Assembly: GCA_904063045.1 (NCBI GenBank)
Contig: CAJFCJ010000005.1
Span: forward strand, 95,011 to 139,959
Direction: 5' to 3'
Length of the DNA: 44,949 nucleotides
Source: Dimorphilus gyrociliatus
Lineage: Eukaryota; Animalia; Annelida
Numbering within the stretch: the first letter of the stretch is position 1; each line of letters begins with the position of its first letter. The notes under the pieces are model-generated. The model was not told the origin of the DNA. It did no database searches and saw only the letters and a list, made by a program, of their open reading frames with translations. Made by a program: the position numbers and the translations under genes. Below are positions 10,807 through 22,479 of the stretch, in pieces.

Positions 10807-13777
10807 GATAAAAAGCACGCAGTTTGCGGAATAGATGAAAATCAATTACCACTAATTGAAGAGTGTTATCATCAGATATGGAAAGAAAATGGTTGTTTTG
10901 GTCAACAATTTAAAGTTGAAACTAATTATCAAACAATGACTGTTTTACAATTTGATAATTATGCAAAAGATGTATATGAGAATTCTATAAAATTATATGG
11001 TGTGAATTTGCATTCAAATTTCTATAGGCGAATCTGTTTCGAACATATGGATGGCAATGAAATGAATATAGCATTCAATTTTAAAAAAATTGATTATAGT
11101 GGATATTTTGAAGGTTCTCTATATGATCCAAAACATGTTGTAGATGGTTTACATGATAATAAAATTACATTGGGTTCTTGTACAATATTAAAGAGACTCT
11201 TACGCATTCTTCAACCCATAATTACAATTCATTTAAAAGGGCAACATACTCTCAAGAAAGTAATTCTATGGCCAACCAATCAGCAAAGTAGGTCAATAAT
11301 TTGATTATTTTTTTTCTCTGCAGATAAAAATCTATTGTTTTCTCCTTTAGTTACTCAACAATTGGAAATTTACATGGACAATATTTTTAATATCTGTACT
11401 GATGATAATATCATATTGGCAAATAATTCACCAACAACAGTGCTATGTAACAAACTACAACAATCTAGAAGTTCTAGTTTAACAGTTAAATCAAAAAATA
11501 CAAACTTTTTGCATTTATGCGAAATTGAAATAATTTCTAGTAAAGTTATCATCATTTTTCAATGATTGATATAATTGTTTCTTTTCTTTCTATTTATAGA
11601 CAATATAGCCTATTTGAAAGGAGTTACCTACAAATTTTCCCAGATGGACTTGTTTATATTAACTGATGGTTTTACAAGTGAAACTACACAGGTGAAAATT
11701 GGAGGGCAGTATTGGATTGCAATTAATCTATTTGCTTACTATAATGTTCTTGTTATTGATTTTATATTACCGGTACAAAACACTCTCTCTAATCAATTTC
11801 GTATTGAACTTACAAATGAAAATCCATACTTAGAATATGACCCATTAAAATACAGTTTATGTGGAGAACATCCAGACAATACAGAAAGTTTCATTTCCCA
11901 CTTTGAAATCTCGTATTCACTTTTGTGCCCTAGAGGAGGGGTCGAAGGTCAATTTGTTGTACTTAGAACACAAAGAGCTACTCCTGTGACATTTGTAATT
12001 GGTGAAATAGAAGTTTTTGGCAATTATATAAGACAATCCAATGAAGAAAATATTAATATATTGTATCGTAAACCAGTATGGACATCTTCAAATTATAATT
12101 CTATATACACTCCTCAAAAGTTAACTGATGGTCTGTACAATAGTTTCTTTCATTCTGAAGAAGGTTTCCAACAATGGGCAAGAATTGATATGTTTTCAAA
12201 GTACACTATTTATAAAATGGCAATTTTAAATGGAGATATGCATGGTATTGTTTGACTCTAATCTAATATTCTTTTAATCAGTTATTATCATTTGAATTTG
12301 CAGGTTACAATACAGCAAGGCATATCAATGGTTTAGTGTCGAATTATCAAGATTTTAGCATTCAGGATTATCATTTATATTCTGAAAAATGTTTTACGAA
12401 TAATGAAGACTTTTCAGGTGGTGAATATAGATTATGGGAATGCAAAATGCCGTTTCCAATTGGTCGATTCGCCATCTTTTTCCAAAATTCACATACTTCT
12501 ATCAATATTCTTGAAGTAGAAGCGTACGGTCAGAAAATTGTAGATAACGATATGGTTCTCTTACCAATTGCGCATATTGATAGGAATAGTAATGCTAAAA
12601 GTATTTCTGACAAAGAAGAAAGTGCTCAATATCCAATAAAGATTATAGATGGTTTAGCCAACAATGCCTTTACTGATGGATTCTTATCATGTTCGGGTAC
12701 TTTAACAACAAATAATAATGAAGTAGGACGAATAACACTCTATATGGATAATCAGTATTTAATAAATCAAATAGGTGTACTAATTCCATTTGAAGCGCCT
12801 AAAGGTTAGCATCTTCTTTTAATGTTTGTATCATATTCTTTCCCATTCAAATATTTCTATGTTGTTGCAGAAAATTTTGAAAATATTCAAGTTACAGTTG
12901 AAATGATCATTGATACAACTTTACAAAAATCAGTTTGTTCAAATTTGACAAACAACTTTAAAATAAAGCAATTGTTGTACAAATGTGAATATATTGGCGA
13001 TAGAGTATCTTTTTATAAATTTGGTGGAAATCATTTAATTCAAATTTGCGAAGTTTATATTTTTGGTAGAAAACAATTTGTCAATAACAATAAATCAATT
13101 CATTCTGCTGCCAATCTTATATATTCATTAGATACTTCGACAATCTTTTCAAATTCAATTTGTAATAGTTTCTATCCTACTAAAGATTACTTTATTGAAT
13201 TACCAGTTTATTCTCAAATTTCTGCAATTGGCTTCCTTTTAATGAAAAGTGTAGACTTTCAATCTGATTTAGATGTTTATGCTGTATCTTATGGGATAGA
13301 AATACTATGTACAACTTTAAATATATACCATCTTCGCGTTGACAAACCTACAAATTTTACATTTCTTTGTAAACAGGAAGTGTTTGCCAAATATTTAAGA
13401 ATTTCCTCACAAATCAAAACAAATATTACTTGTAATTATTACATAATAATTAAAAAAATTATTGAGAATATTCCAGGTTTGAGAGAGATATGTTTTTTTA
13501 CTTGAGCTAATCAATCTAATATTTTGTTTCTGGTTTTTTACACAGTAAAATATCAATTAAAATATGAACAAAAATGGATTAAGCCATCCTACATCTACTC
13601 AACCATTCATCAAATACAAAATGTTATTGACTGTTATAAAATTTGCAAGATGGATAGTCAAGATTGTCAAAGTTTAATCTATTCAGAAACATTAAGACAA
13701 TGCAATCTCAGTTCTTTTCCAATTTTTCCAAATTCCAATGAATATTTATTGCAATCAATAGATAATCACTATTCCAT
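10807..13777 (+). CDS. Multi-exon extracellular protein: Cys-rich N-terminal module, about five tandem F-type lectin / F5-8 type C-like domains, and a C-terminal PAN/Apple-like domain; 5' exons not found, 3' end cut by the Gypsy LTR
   Basis: Repeated domain-closing strands LHLCEIEI, VIGEIEVFG, INILEVEAYG, IQICEVYIFG. Domain 3 reads NILYRKPVWTSS...LTDG...FHS...QWARIDM. PAN-like Cys pattern DCYKICKMDSQDCQSLIY...QCNLS. ORFs are separated by short GT-AG introns; exon limits approximate. Confidence 0.68.
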
Positions 13778-14412
13778 TGTACAACTTTGGTTATATTTTA
13801 CATGCTTGAACTCTATTATTTTATGCAACATATACATGTACATCTTAAAACCTACGCAAGAAAATGCTATAACATTGGCCAAACATAAGTCTGATTAGTC
13901 AGCTTGAAGGCTCATCTTTAATTACCAATAAAGGTTTGGCCAAGTTATAATTTAATTAACTTGCCTAGGGTGTGGCCAAGTTATAATTCAATTAACCTTC
14001 CTAAATGTTCAACCTTGTAACATCCTGTTACTAAAGATAAATATGAACTACACATTTCGGCAACTGTAAAGTGATGATTGGATGTCAGAGACAAACCTCA
14101 AAGTATATAAATCCTCATTATTCTCATTTGGCATGCAGCTTCCATCTGGACCCAAGGACCTGGGAAAATCATCTGGAAACAACCTCCACTGGAACCATCC
14201 ATCTACTCCTCAACATTGGAAGACAGTTTGGTAATTTGGCAACCTGCTATTACAAACTATCTACTCTGCTATTGAACTCTCATATTGTTACTTGCTTAAG
14301 TATTATTATTGCGAATAAACCATTTTAATTTAAACATTTGTTTAAAGGTTCGAGTAGAACCAGTATTGTTATAACTTGCAAACGCATAGATTTTGCCAGC
14401 AAGAGCAGTACA
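13778..14412 (+). repeat. Gypsy 5' LTR
   Basis: Four substitutions by eye relative to the 3' LTR. TATA-like tatataaa near 14104, aataaa at 14314, and an internal 37-bp-period direct repeat ggccaagttataatt(t/c)aattaac at 13938 and 13975. Confidence 0.97.
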
Positions 14413-14416
14413 AATT

Positions 14417-14434
14417 TGGCGCAGTCGACAGGAT
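14417..14434 (+). promoter_or_regulatory. Primer binding site, tRNA-Ser type
   Basis: tggcgcagtcgacaggat lies 4 nt after the LTR and resembles the complement of the tRNA-Ser 3' end (...ATCCTGCCGACTACGCCA), the primer type used by Drosophila 17.6/297-like gypsy elements. Confidence 0.8.
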
Positions 14435-14472
14435 ATTCTTTTGGTTTATTCAAAAGTTTTGAGAAAGTAAAT

Positions 14473-17400
14473 ATGGCAGAAGGAGGAAATGGAAACGCCA
14501 CTGGGGCAGTTACAGACTCTAACCCTTCAACCCCAGCAACTCCAACAATTACAATTCAGCCAGCAGGAATGTCAGAAAGGCAACAAAGACTAATTGAAGA
14601 CTATGATAGATTGGTGAGTGAAATGAAAAGAAATCGAATCACAATTCCAACAGATCATGGAGATGGAACACATCACCCAGCACAGAACCCAAATGTTGAT
14701 ATCACAACAGTAATTCAAGCATTAAGGGCTGCTTGGGACCGCCCTCAAAGAACTATTCTCAAGTTGTATGATGGAAGCAAGGAGTGTTCAAAATTCAAAG
14801 AAGACTTTAATCAGGCATGTTATGCTTATGGTTGGATAGGAGAAGATGTTGTGAAAGCAAATCTTTTAGATTATTTAACTGGTCCTGCAAAGGATTTGGT
14901 GTTGGCTCTGGATGGAGAGCCTACTGTGGAGGAAATATGGAAAGCCCTCCATGACGAATTTGATCTGGATCCTTTGGAGTATCAAGAGAAATTGCTTAAC
15001 TTAAAGCAAATGAATGGCGAAAGTGTGGTTCAGTTTGTTAATAGAGCAAAGAAATTGATAAAGAGGTTTTCTCCACCTAGACCAATGGAACCACAATTGC
15101 TTGCAACTATGAAAGAAATAAAACTGATGGAAGTTTTACAAAGAGGATTACAACAGGATATTCTACATTTAGTGTACACCTTACATCCTAAATGTCAAAC
15201 ATTGGCAGAACTATATGAGGCTGCTAAGCAAGCAGAAACTTCATTAAAACTAACTCAAAGAAAACCGATCACAATGGTGTCAAAATTGGAAACTCAACAA
15301 AGAAAAGAGACCAAAAAGACCCAGGTAATCAGAAAAGATGCTTCTACAGAAACCCCAAATTTCTGGAATAGAAAGCATGTACCTGACAACAAAAATGCTA
15401 CTAAAGAAAAGTTTTCAAGCCAAAAAGTCCAAAAGTATGCACCAACTACAACAAATAGGTATTATAAGAAAAATCAACCAGCAAAGACGATACTGAAAGA
15501 GGAACCTAAGCTACAAAAATTACAAACATTAGACAATGAAAGCATGTCAGAAAACGACGAAGTTCAAGATATTCTCTGTTTTTCAGATAGTGACGAATCC
15601 ACTTGTCAGCTGTTACAAAGCAAACAATCTGAGCGAAATGCTTCAACATTTATTGGACAATTTGAAACTAATACTGGTTTTAAGTTTGATGCCTTGATAG
15701 ACTCTGGTAGTGACAGATCTTTCATTTCAAAAAAGGTATTAAGACAAGTTCAAGGAAAAGCATCCTTCCCAGAACAAACTGTGAAAAATGCTAGAGATGC
15801 TTCAGGAAATAGCATCGAGATATGTGGAGAAATCATTCTCAGACTTTATTTTAATGAAAAGATTATTAAACAACGCTTTCTGATCAACAAAATCATTACA
15901 CAACAATGTATTATTGGGTGTGACTTTCTACAACAAAATGGAGCTACCCTTGACTTTGGCAAGAGACAGATTATACTCCAGCCAGGTACAGAAAAGAATT
16001 ACCCTGTTGGAACACAACACTTATCTTTCAAAGGGTTTTACCCAGTTCCTCTTATTATGAAAAAGAATGAGAGTCAAATACATACCCTTCAGACAACAAT
16101 TGAACAAGAAAATCCCGAGATGAAGAACAAAGTTACCCAAATTCTGGCAAAATATAAAGAAACTATTGCAGAAGACAGATTTGATATTGGCAATCCAGAG
16201 GTACCACCCTTGGAAATAACTCTTGAACCAGGTTCAACACCATATAGACAAAGGCCATATAGAATGCCTCCTCAAAAACAAGAAGAATGTAAGCAACAGA
16301 TAGCTGAATTGGTAAAAAGCAAAGTTATTCAACCAAGCAAGAGCAATTGGGCTTCACCAATTGTTTTCGTAAGAAAGAAGGAAGGTAGTCTACGAATGTG
16401 TGTAGATTATAGAAAACTAAACAAAATGACAGTTAAAAACAAGTATCCACTGCCAAATCAAGATGATCTTTTTGACCATTTGGGAGGAGGAAATAAATTC
16501 TTTTCTACAATGGATTTGACAAGTGCATACCACACATTAACATCAAGAAAGAAGATAGGTCTAAAACAGCATTTATTACACCTTTTGGCTTGTTTGAATT
16601 TATTAAGATGCCTTTTGGATTAACCAATGCCCCTCCTCATTTTAGTTATGTAATGAATTCATTTGTGCTAAAGGATGTAAAGCATTTGTGCCTAAACTAC
16701 CTTGATGACATAATAATATTTACCAAGTCGCTGGACCAACATTGGGAAGCATTGGAGACCATTCTTCAACAGATTCAAAAGTACAATTTTAAGATTAAAC
16801 TAAGTAAATGTGTGTTTTTGAAAGAACAAGTTCAATTCTTGGGACACATTGTATCAGAAAAGGGGATTGAAACAGATAAGTCCAAGACAGATAAATTATA
16901 TAATTTACAGCCACCAGTGTTTGCAAATTCACTACTAAGCTTTGTTGCATTTTGTGGCTATTACAGAAAATTTATACAAGATTTTGCAAGAGTAGCTAAA
17001 CCTCTGTATATGTTAATGAAACTACATGGGAAAAAGGATAAATTGCAATGGACTGAGGAAGCCAAGCAATCATTTTTCAAGTTGAGAGATGCAGTAGTTA
17101 ACCCTCCTGTATTACAACTACCTGATTTTGCTAAAGATTTTCACTTAACAACAGATGCATCGAATGTAGCTGTAGGAGGAGTTCTTGAACAAGTTTATGT
17201 AGATGAGAATGGGAAGAAAACAATGAAACCCATTGCCTACGCTTCAAAACAATTCAACAATAATCAAATGAAATATGCAGCCTATCAAAAGGAAGCATTT
17301 GGTGTTTACTGGGTTGTAAAGAAATTTTTACATTACCTTCAAGACAAGCCATTCTTTTTATATACTGACCATCAGAGTCTAGTACAAACATTTAAGCAAA

Positions 17401-19028
17401 ACAAATTGAATGTCAGCACAGCAAAATGGGTCATGGCTTTAATGGATTTAAAATTTACAATTAACTATGTGACAGGACGAAAAAATAGAGCAGATGCATT
17501 AACAAGATTAGAAGAATATACACCCCAAGGAAAGTAACATTTGAAGAGCTAATTCATGGAAAGATCAAAAAGGAGAATTCTCCCTCTATTTCAGTTAAAA
17601 TGGAACAGTATGAACATACACCAGAGTTAACTTTTGTAGCTACCAGTGATAACAGTGAAGAGAAAATTGATTTGTCTTCTGTTGACTTACAGTCAGAGCA
17701 AGAAAAAGATGTGAATTTAAAATCAATTAAAGAATATTTAACATTGGATGGTCAGCTACCTATTCCTTATTTTGGAACTTTTACACCTTTCATAATGGAG
17801 ATGTTTGTTCACAAGGAAATGATCTGGATTATCCTTGAAGAAAGAAACATTCTGGTTTTACCTGACCATTTGATGCTAACTCTGCTCCCTAAATTCCATA
17901 AAAATAAAATTCACAATCACCATGGACCCAGAATGACATTACAAATAATTACAAAGACCTTTTGGCACCAAAATTAAAGATTATGATTGAGAATTCAATA
18001 AAGGATTGCACTTTGTGTGAACAAATGAATGGTAGGAGTAGAGTATACCCTTTGGTAGAAACCTTTCACCCTGCATCACCAATGGAGTTGGTAGCCATGG
18101 ATATAATGGGACCCTTACCCATGGTTAAGTCATACAGATTCATACTTGTGATAGTGGATCATTTCAGTAGATACACAGTTTTATATGCACTCAAACAGCA
18201 AACCAGTAAAGAAATTGCAAACCTTCTTTTCAACAGATTTTTTCCCATTTTTGGAATTCCAAAACAAATGTTGACAGATCAAGGAAGAAACTTTGTTGGT
18301 AAAGCTTTTAAAGAGTTTATGAAGGTATTAGGTATTGAGAAAATCCAAACAACAGCTTATAGAAGCCAGAGCAATGGACTAGTTGAACGAAGAAATAGAG
18401 AAGTGAGGAAGGAAATCAATAAATTAGTGGTGGAAGAAAATCAGCATAACTGGGTTGCAAACCTACCCTTGATTCAAGCATTTTTGAATCAATCACCTGT
18501 AGGAAGTACAAGACTACCACCCCAGGAACTTCTTTTTGGCACCAGCACAAGAACACTGATTGATGTAACAATGCATACTACCTCTCCTGAAACAAATGTA
18601 CTATTTGTATTCAATCACCAGCAGCAATTAGTACAGTTAAGAGCTACAGCCTTCTGTAAATCCATCATGGCAAAAGAACAATATAGGGAAAGAAAGAATA
18701 GAAATCTCAATCTTCCAAAATATTTTGAGGTTGATGATGAAGTATTCTTAAGAAATGATGCTGCAAGAATTGCAATAACAAAAATCCTTCTTTNTAACAA
18801 AAAATCCCTTCTTTAAAATGGTTAGGCCCATACCGAATAACAAAAGTCAATCATCAAAAGTGGATATATGAAATACAAATGGATGATAATACATGCAAGT
18901 TGGTACATGGTAGCAGATTAAGACTAGCCAATGAATCTAATAAGTTGCAAAAGCAGGAAAGAAGCAACAACAATCTTTCACCTTGTGGAGAAGGAAATAC
19001 ACACACCTCCAATATCTTTCTCAGGTAG
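14473..19028 (+). pseudogene. pol: Gypsy gag-pol (Gag, PR1, RT, RNase H, integrase) with several frameshifts or stops
   Basis: Capsid-like gag without a CCHC knuckle. PR1 ALIDSGSDRSFI (D at 15700). RT motifs WASPIVFVRKK, LRMCVDYRKLN, MPFGLTNAP, YLDD. RNase H LTTDAS. Integrase VAMDIMGP, TDQGRNF, NGLVERRN, and a GPY tail. Breaks near 16540, 17537-17600, 17970 and 18794. Confidence 0.93.
18775..18815. other. Single N (18794) inside a short duplicated sequence; probable contig or gap-fill junction
   Basis: taacaaaaatccttcttt N taacaaaaaatcccttcttt: the same ~18-20 nt on both sides of the N. Confidence 0.75.
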
Positions 19029-19384
19029 AAGGAAGAAATGACTTCCAATTCCGTTTGAAGAATCAAAAAGGCCAGAAGTCATTGCCTTGTGTGACACAGG
19101 AGCATTGAGATCCTTTATTACTGAAAAGAAATCAAGTTAATGGATGTTACAATTAGGAGAAAGAAACAATTGGCTTACACAATATATAACTTCAGCTGAT
19201 GGGAAAGCTTTAAAGCAAAAAGGAAGCGTAAAGCTGAATATCCAATTTGCTGAGAGAAAGTATGGAACAAGAATTTATAGTTATGGAAAATCTAGACATA
19301 GCAATAATACTTGGTTGTGATTTCCTACAAACTGTGGGAGCAAACCTCAATTTTGAAGCTAAACAGTGTTTCTCTCAAATTTGA
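19025..19384 (+). pseudogene. Second retropepsin (aspartic protease) domain downstream of the integrase, disrupted
   Basis: EVIALCDTGALRSFIT (DTG at 19093-19101), flap-like ITSADGKALKQKGSVKLNIQF, then EQEFIVMENLDIAIILGCDFLQTVGANLNF. One in-frame stop (19138) and small frameshifts. Confidence 0.88.
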
Positions 19385-19690
19385 TAGAAGGAAAGGGAAC
19401 CTGGCTGAAAGAATAAGGCAACCTCAACTAAACAAAGTCACTATAGCCATGATGGGACAGCATGACTCTTCATCAGAAAGTTCAGATAGTGATGACTCAG
19501 AGATGGAAGTTACTAATTCTGATACTGGTTATGACACAAGCAATACTTTCAAAACAGACAGTAATTACAGTCTCAATAACCTTCAAGCTCATCTGAAAGT
19601 GATGACACAGAAACAAATAATGAACTGGATCAAAATACAGATTCAGAGGCAAACATTATCTCTGATAGAGAAGATGAAATATCTAGTTCA

Positions 19691-19810
19691 GACGATGAGT
19701 CAATAATTATTGAAAGCAAATTATTGATATAACCCATTCGGATAATGAGTCAATAATTATTGAAGGTGAAATTATTGACATAACCCATTCAGATAATGAG
19801 TCCCTCATAG
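19691..19810 (+). repeat. About 2.3 copies of a 51-bp (17-aa, D-ESIIIEGEIIDITHS-type) repeat inside an acidic D/E/S-rich spacer
   Basis: Units start at 19691, 19741 and 19792; the first unit is 50 bp, which shifts the frame. Confidence 0.85.
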
Positions 19811-20028
19811 TGGTAGATTCATCCCAAGATGAGAAAGAAAATACAAGTGACACAGACAATGAGTCAGTCATATTTTTAGATGAGACTAAAATCATCTCTG
19901 AACAATTAGATTCCCAACAAGAAGTGGAACCACAATATATAGAGTTAGAAGATGGAATAACTATCAGAGTGGAACAACAACACAAAATTTTCAACCATTC
20001 AACTATAGCCAACACAGGAAGAGCTAAC

Positions 20029-22448
20029 ATGAAACAGATGTTGTGGCTTCCACTAGTGATGACTGTAATGGTGATCTGTGGCTGCATCCACTCAATAACA
20101 GTCCCAAAACCATCCTACCAAGGTGCCCATGTTACAAGTGCAAACATTACCTTAACATTTAAACCACCGTTATACTTTTGTTCTAACCAACTACCAAGCC
20201 AGGCATTTGATCTAGCAGATGAGCCAACTTGTAATATAGAATCACAAGAAACCAAGACAATTACAGCTGATATCTATGAATTGAACTTGGAAGAAATTGA
20301 AACAAGAGCAGTAAAATGTCAAGTGTATCTAAGAACTAATTTTTACACTTACTATTTCTTTGGAGCAAAGAAGAGGAGGATTGTTAACTCAGTTATCAAA
20401 GTAACTCATGATCAATGCAGACAGATGATAAAAGACAAACGATCTTTTCAAGGAAAACCTTTAATGGTGAAAAGAAACACTTGGATCCACCAAGATCAGT
20501 TTCCTGCTGCCTACACATGGCCAACAACGACCAAGGTGCTGGAATACACCACAATTATCCAGTTTGGCAAAGCATATTGGCAACCTCCTAATATGAAAAT
20601 TACAACTAATCTGGACTACCTGGAAGATTGTTTACCAGGGCAGTCCTATTGTGAAACAGAAGAGGCAATTATTGTCTTTAGGAACCTCAAGAATAATTAC
20701 ACACTTGGGCAACAATCACCATGGATAAAAATTAGCAACAGAATTAGTTGTATCAAATTTGCTGGTCACTATTCTTGTCCAGGGTATTCTATTCTGGACA
20801 TCCCTTATCAAGATAAGTTCATTGATGGAATTGGTGGTCCTGGAACAAAAGTACTAGTACCACTGGAGGAACAGAGTTTAATACAGGAAACAAGCAAGGA
20901 ACACCTATACAATTTGCTACAATATCAGAAGATTGGCAAAAATGAAGAAAAACGACTATTAAACTATCCCAATAAAGTTAAAGAACAAATTATACTATAC
21001 AAGCGAAACAACCCCTTACCAAGTCTTAACCAATGGTACAGAGAAACAAACACAAAGTATAAACTAATGAGAAATAAAGGCACACTCAAGGAAGTTGTGA
21101 TATATCATCTACAACAACCCATTAGTCCATCTTACTGGGAGCTGGATAACTATTATATCCAAGAAATGCTGCAAGCAGTCAATTGGACAAGGGCAACAAG
21201 ACAATCTGTCACGATTCAAAATATGTATACAGTGAGAAAAGAATCAAAAAGAAGGTATTACCAACATTGGGCATATGGTATAAAGGACCACCAGCCAGAG
21301 AATTTAAGATTACCTATGAAGGAATTTATTTTACTCTACACATGAGAATGGCTAAAAAGCAGATGAAGAAGGAAGCAAAACTGAAACATAAGATAAGTAA
21401 AAACCCATACCACAAATTCCCATTGGAAATGAGAGAAGCTGCCCAAACATCTACCTTACTACATGGTATTGATTCAAATTTTAAGAATTTAAAAAAGTTT
21501 ACCCAACAGCTGTCAAGTCTTCTCTGCAATCAATTTGTTCAAAGAAGCAGAATGATGGCATTACTAGCAAATTTGGATCCTCAATTGACCACAGTGTTAA
21601 CAAATGAGTTGGGAATGCACAGTAGTCAGATGGGAGAATTAGCTATAATTAAACAATGTTCACCAATAGCCTCAACAGAAGTAGTTTGTGACTTAAGCAT
21701 GATAAAAAAGAATAACAAATGTTCTCAATTTTTACTTGTCACCATGAACAACCTGCTTTTCCAAGTAGAACCAGTTACTCATGTTTTACAGCAAGTCAAT
21801 CCTGAAGAGATTACCTATAATGAGTGTAAGTCTAACAAGTTATTCTACAAAACAACTCACAACCCATTAAATCCTATAAGAAACCAACCAATGAAAGACA
21901 AAACGTATGTGTATTATTCAGAAAGAGGATGCAGATTTCACACTGTGTCTGCAAAATCCATGCAGTTACATATCCACAATCACCTTTCTGAACCAAAAAT
22001 TGAAATTGCCAGATTAGCTGATCTACTCCACCATGGGGTAAAGAAGGATATTGCATACCAGCACTCAAAAATTAAGCAAGTTATCAGTTCACTGGAACAG
22101 AAGCAGGCAAGGTATGATAACATGGTCACTGTTGCAGAGAAAAATGGCATTGTACCCAATTTATCTGGAATTAAAAAGTTTTTCCATAGTTGGTACTATA
22201 AACCTGGGAAAACACTTTATGTTATCATACGAAATATTTGTTTGAGTATTGTAGTGTCAATGGTATGTATCATCATTTTCAACTATATTATTGGAAGAAG
22301 AAAACAAAGAGAAGAAATTGCTACCCCAAGTGAGAGCACAGATAACTCTCCTGAAAACCCAAAACTAATGAAACAAAGTTGTAGCTTTAGTCAACATCAA
22401 ACTAATGAAGAAGAACAACCACCTGTAATTCTCATTAAATCAAGATGA
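20029..22448 (+). CDS. env: Env-like class III fusion glycoprotein (gB / rhabdovirus G-like), about 800 aa, one frameshift near 21180
   Basis: Signal-like MKQMLWLPLVMTVMVICGCIHS. Fusion-loop-like AVKC...FYTYYFFGAK...VTHDQCRQMI and AYTWPTT. gB-like LCNQ...LLANLDPQ...MHSSQMGELAIIKQC. C-terminal TM (NICLSIVVSMVCIIIFNYII) and a short tail ending just before the PPT. Confidence 0.8.
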
Positions 22449-22464
22449 AGGGACTCATCTTCAC

Positions 22465-22479
22465 AAAGAAGGGGGAAGT
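22465..22479 (+). promoter_or_regulatory. Polypurine tract
   Basis: aaagaagggggaagt immediately 5' of the 3' LTR. Confidence 0.88.

Noticed and set aside
14071-14328. 85-aa ORF present in both LTRs (also 22773-23030)
   Set aside because: It starts at GTG, has no recognisable motif, and is duplicated only because the LTR is; three of the four LTR differences change its amino acids.
14338-14472. N-terminal extension of the gag ORF starting inside the LTR
   Set aside because: It begins at a TTG in U5 and crosses the PBS; the ATG at 14473 is the plausible start.
16520-16625. Frame change in pol as a programmed ribosomal frameshift
   Set aside because: It falls in mid-RT (after DLTSAYH), not at a gag/pol boundary, and no slippery heptamer is evident; a single-base lesion or sequencing error is more likely.
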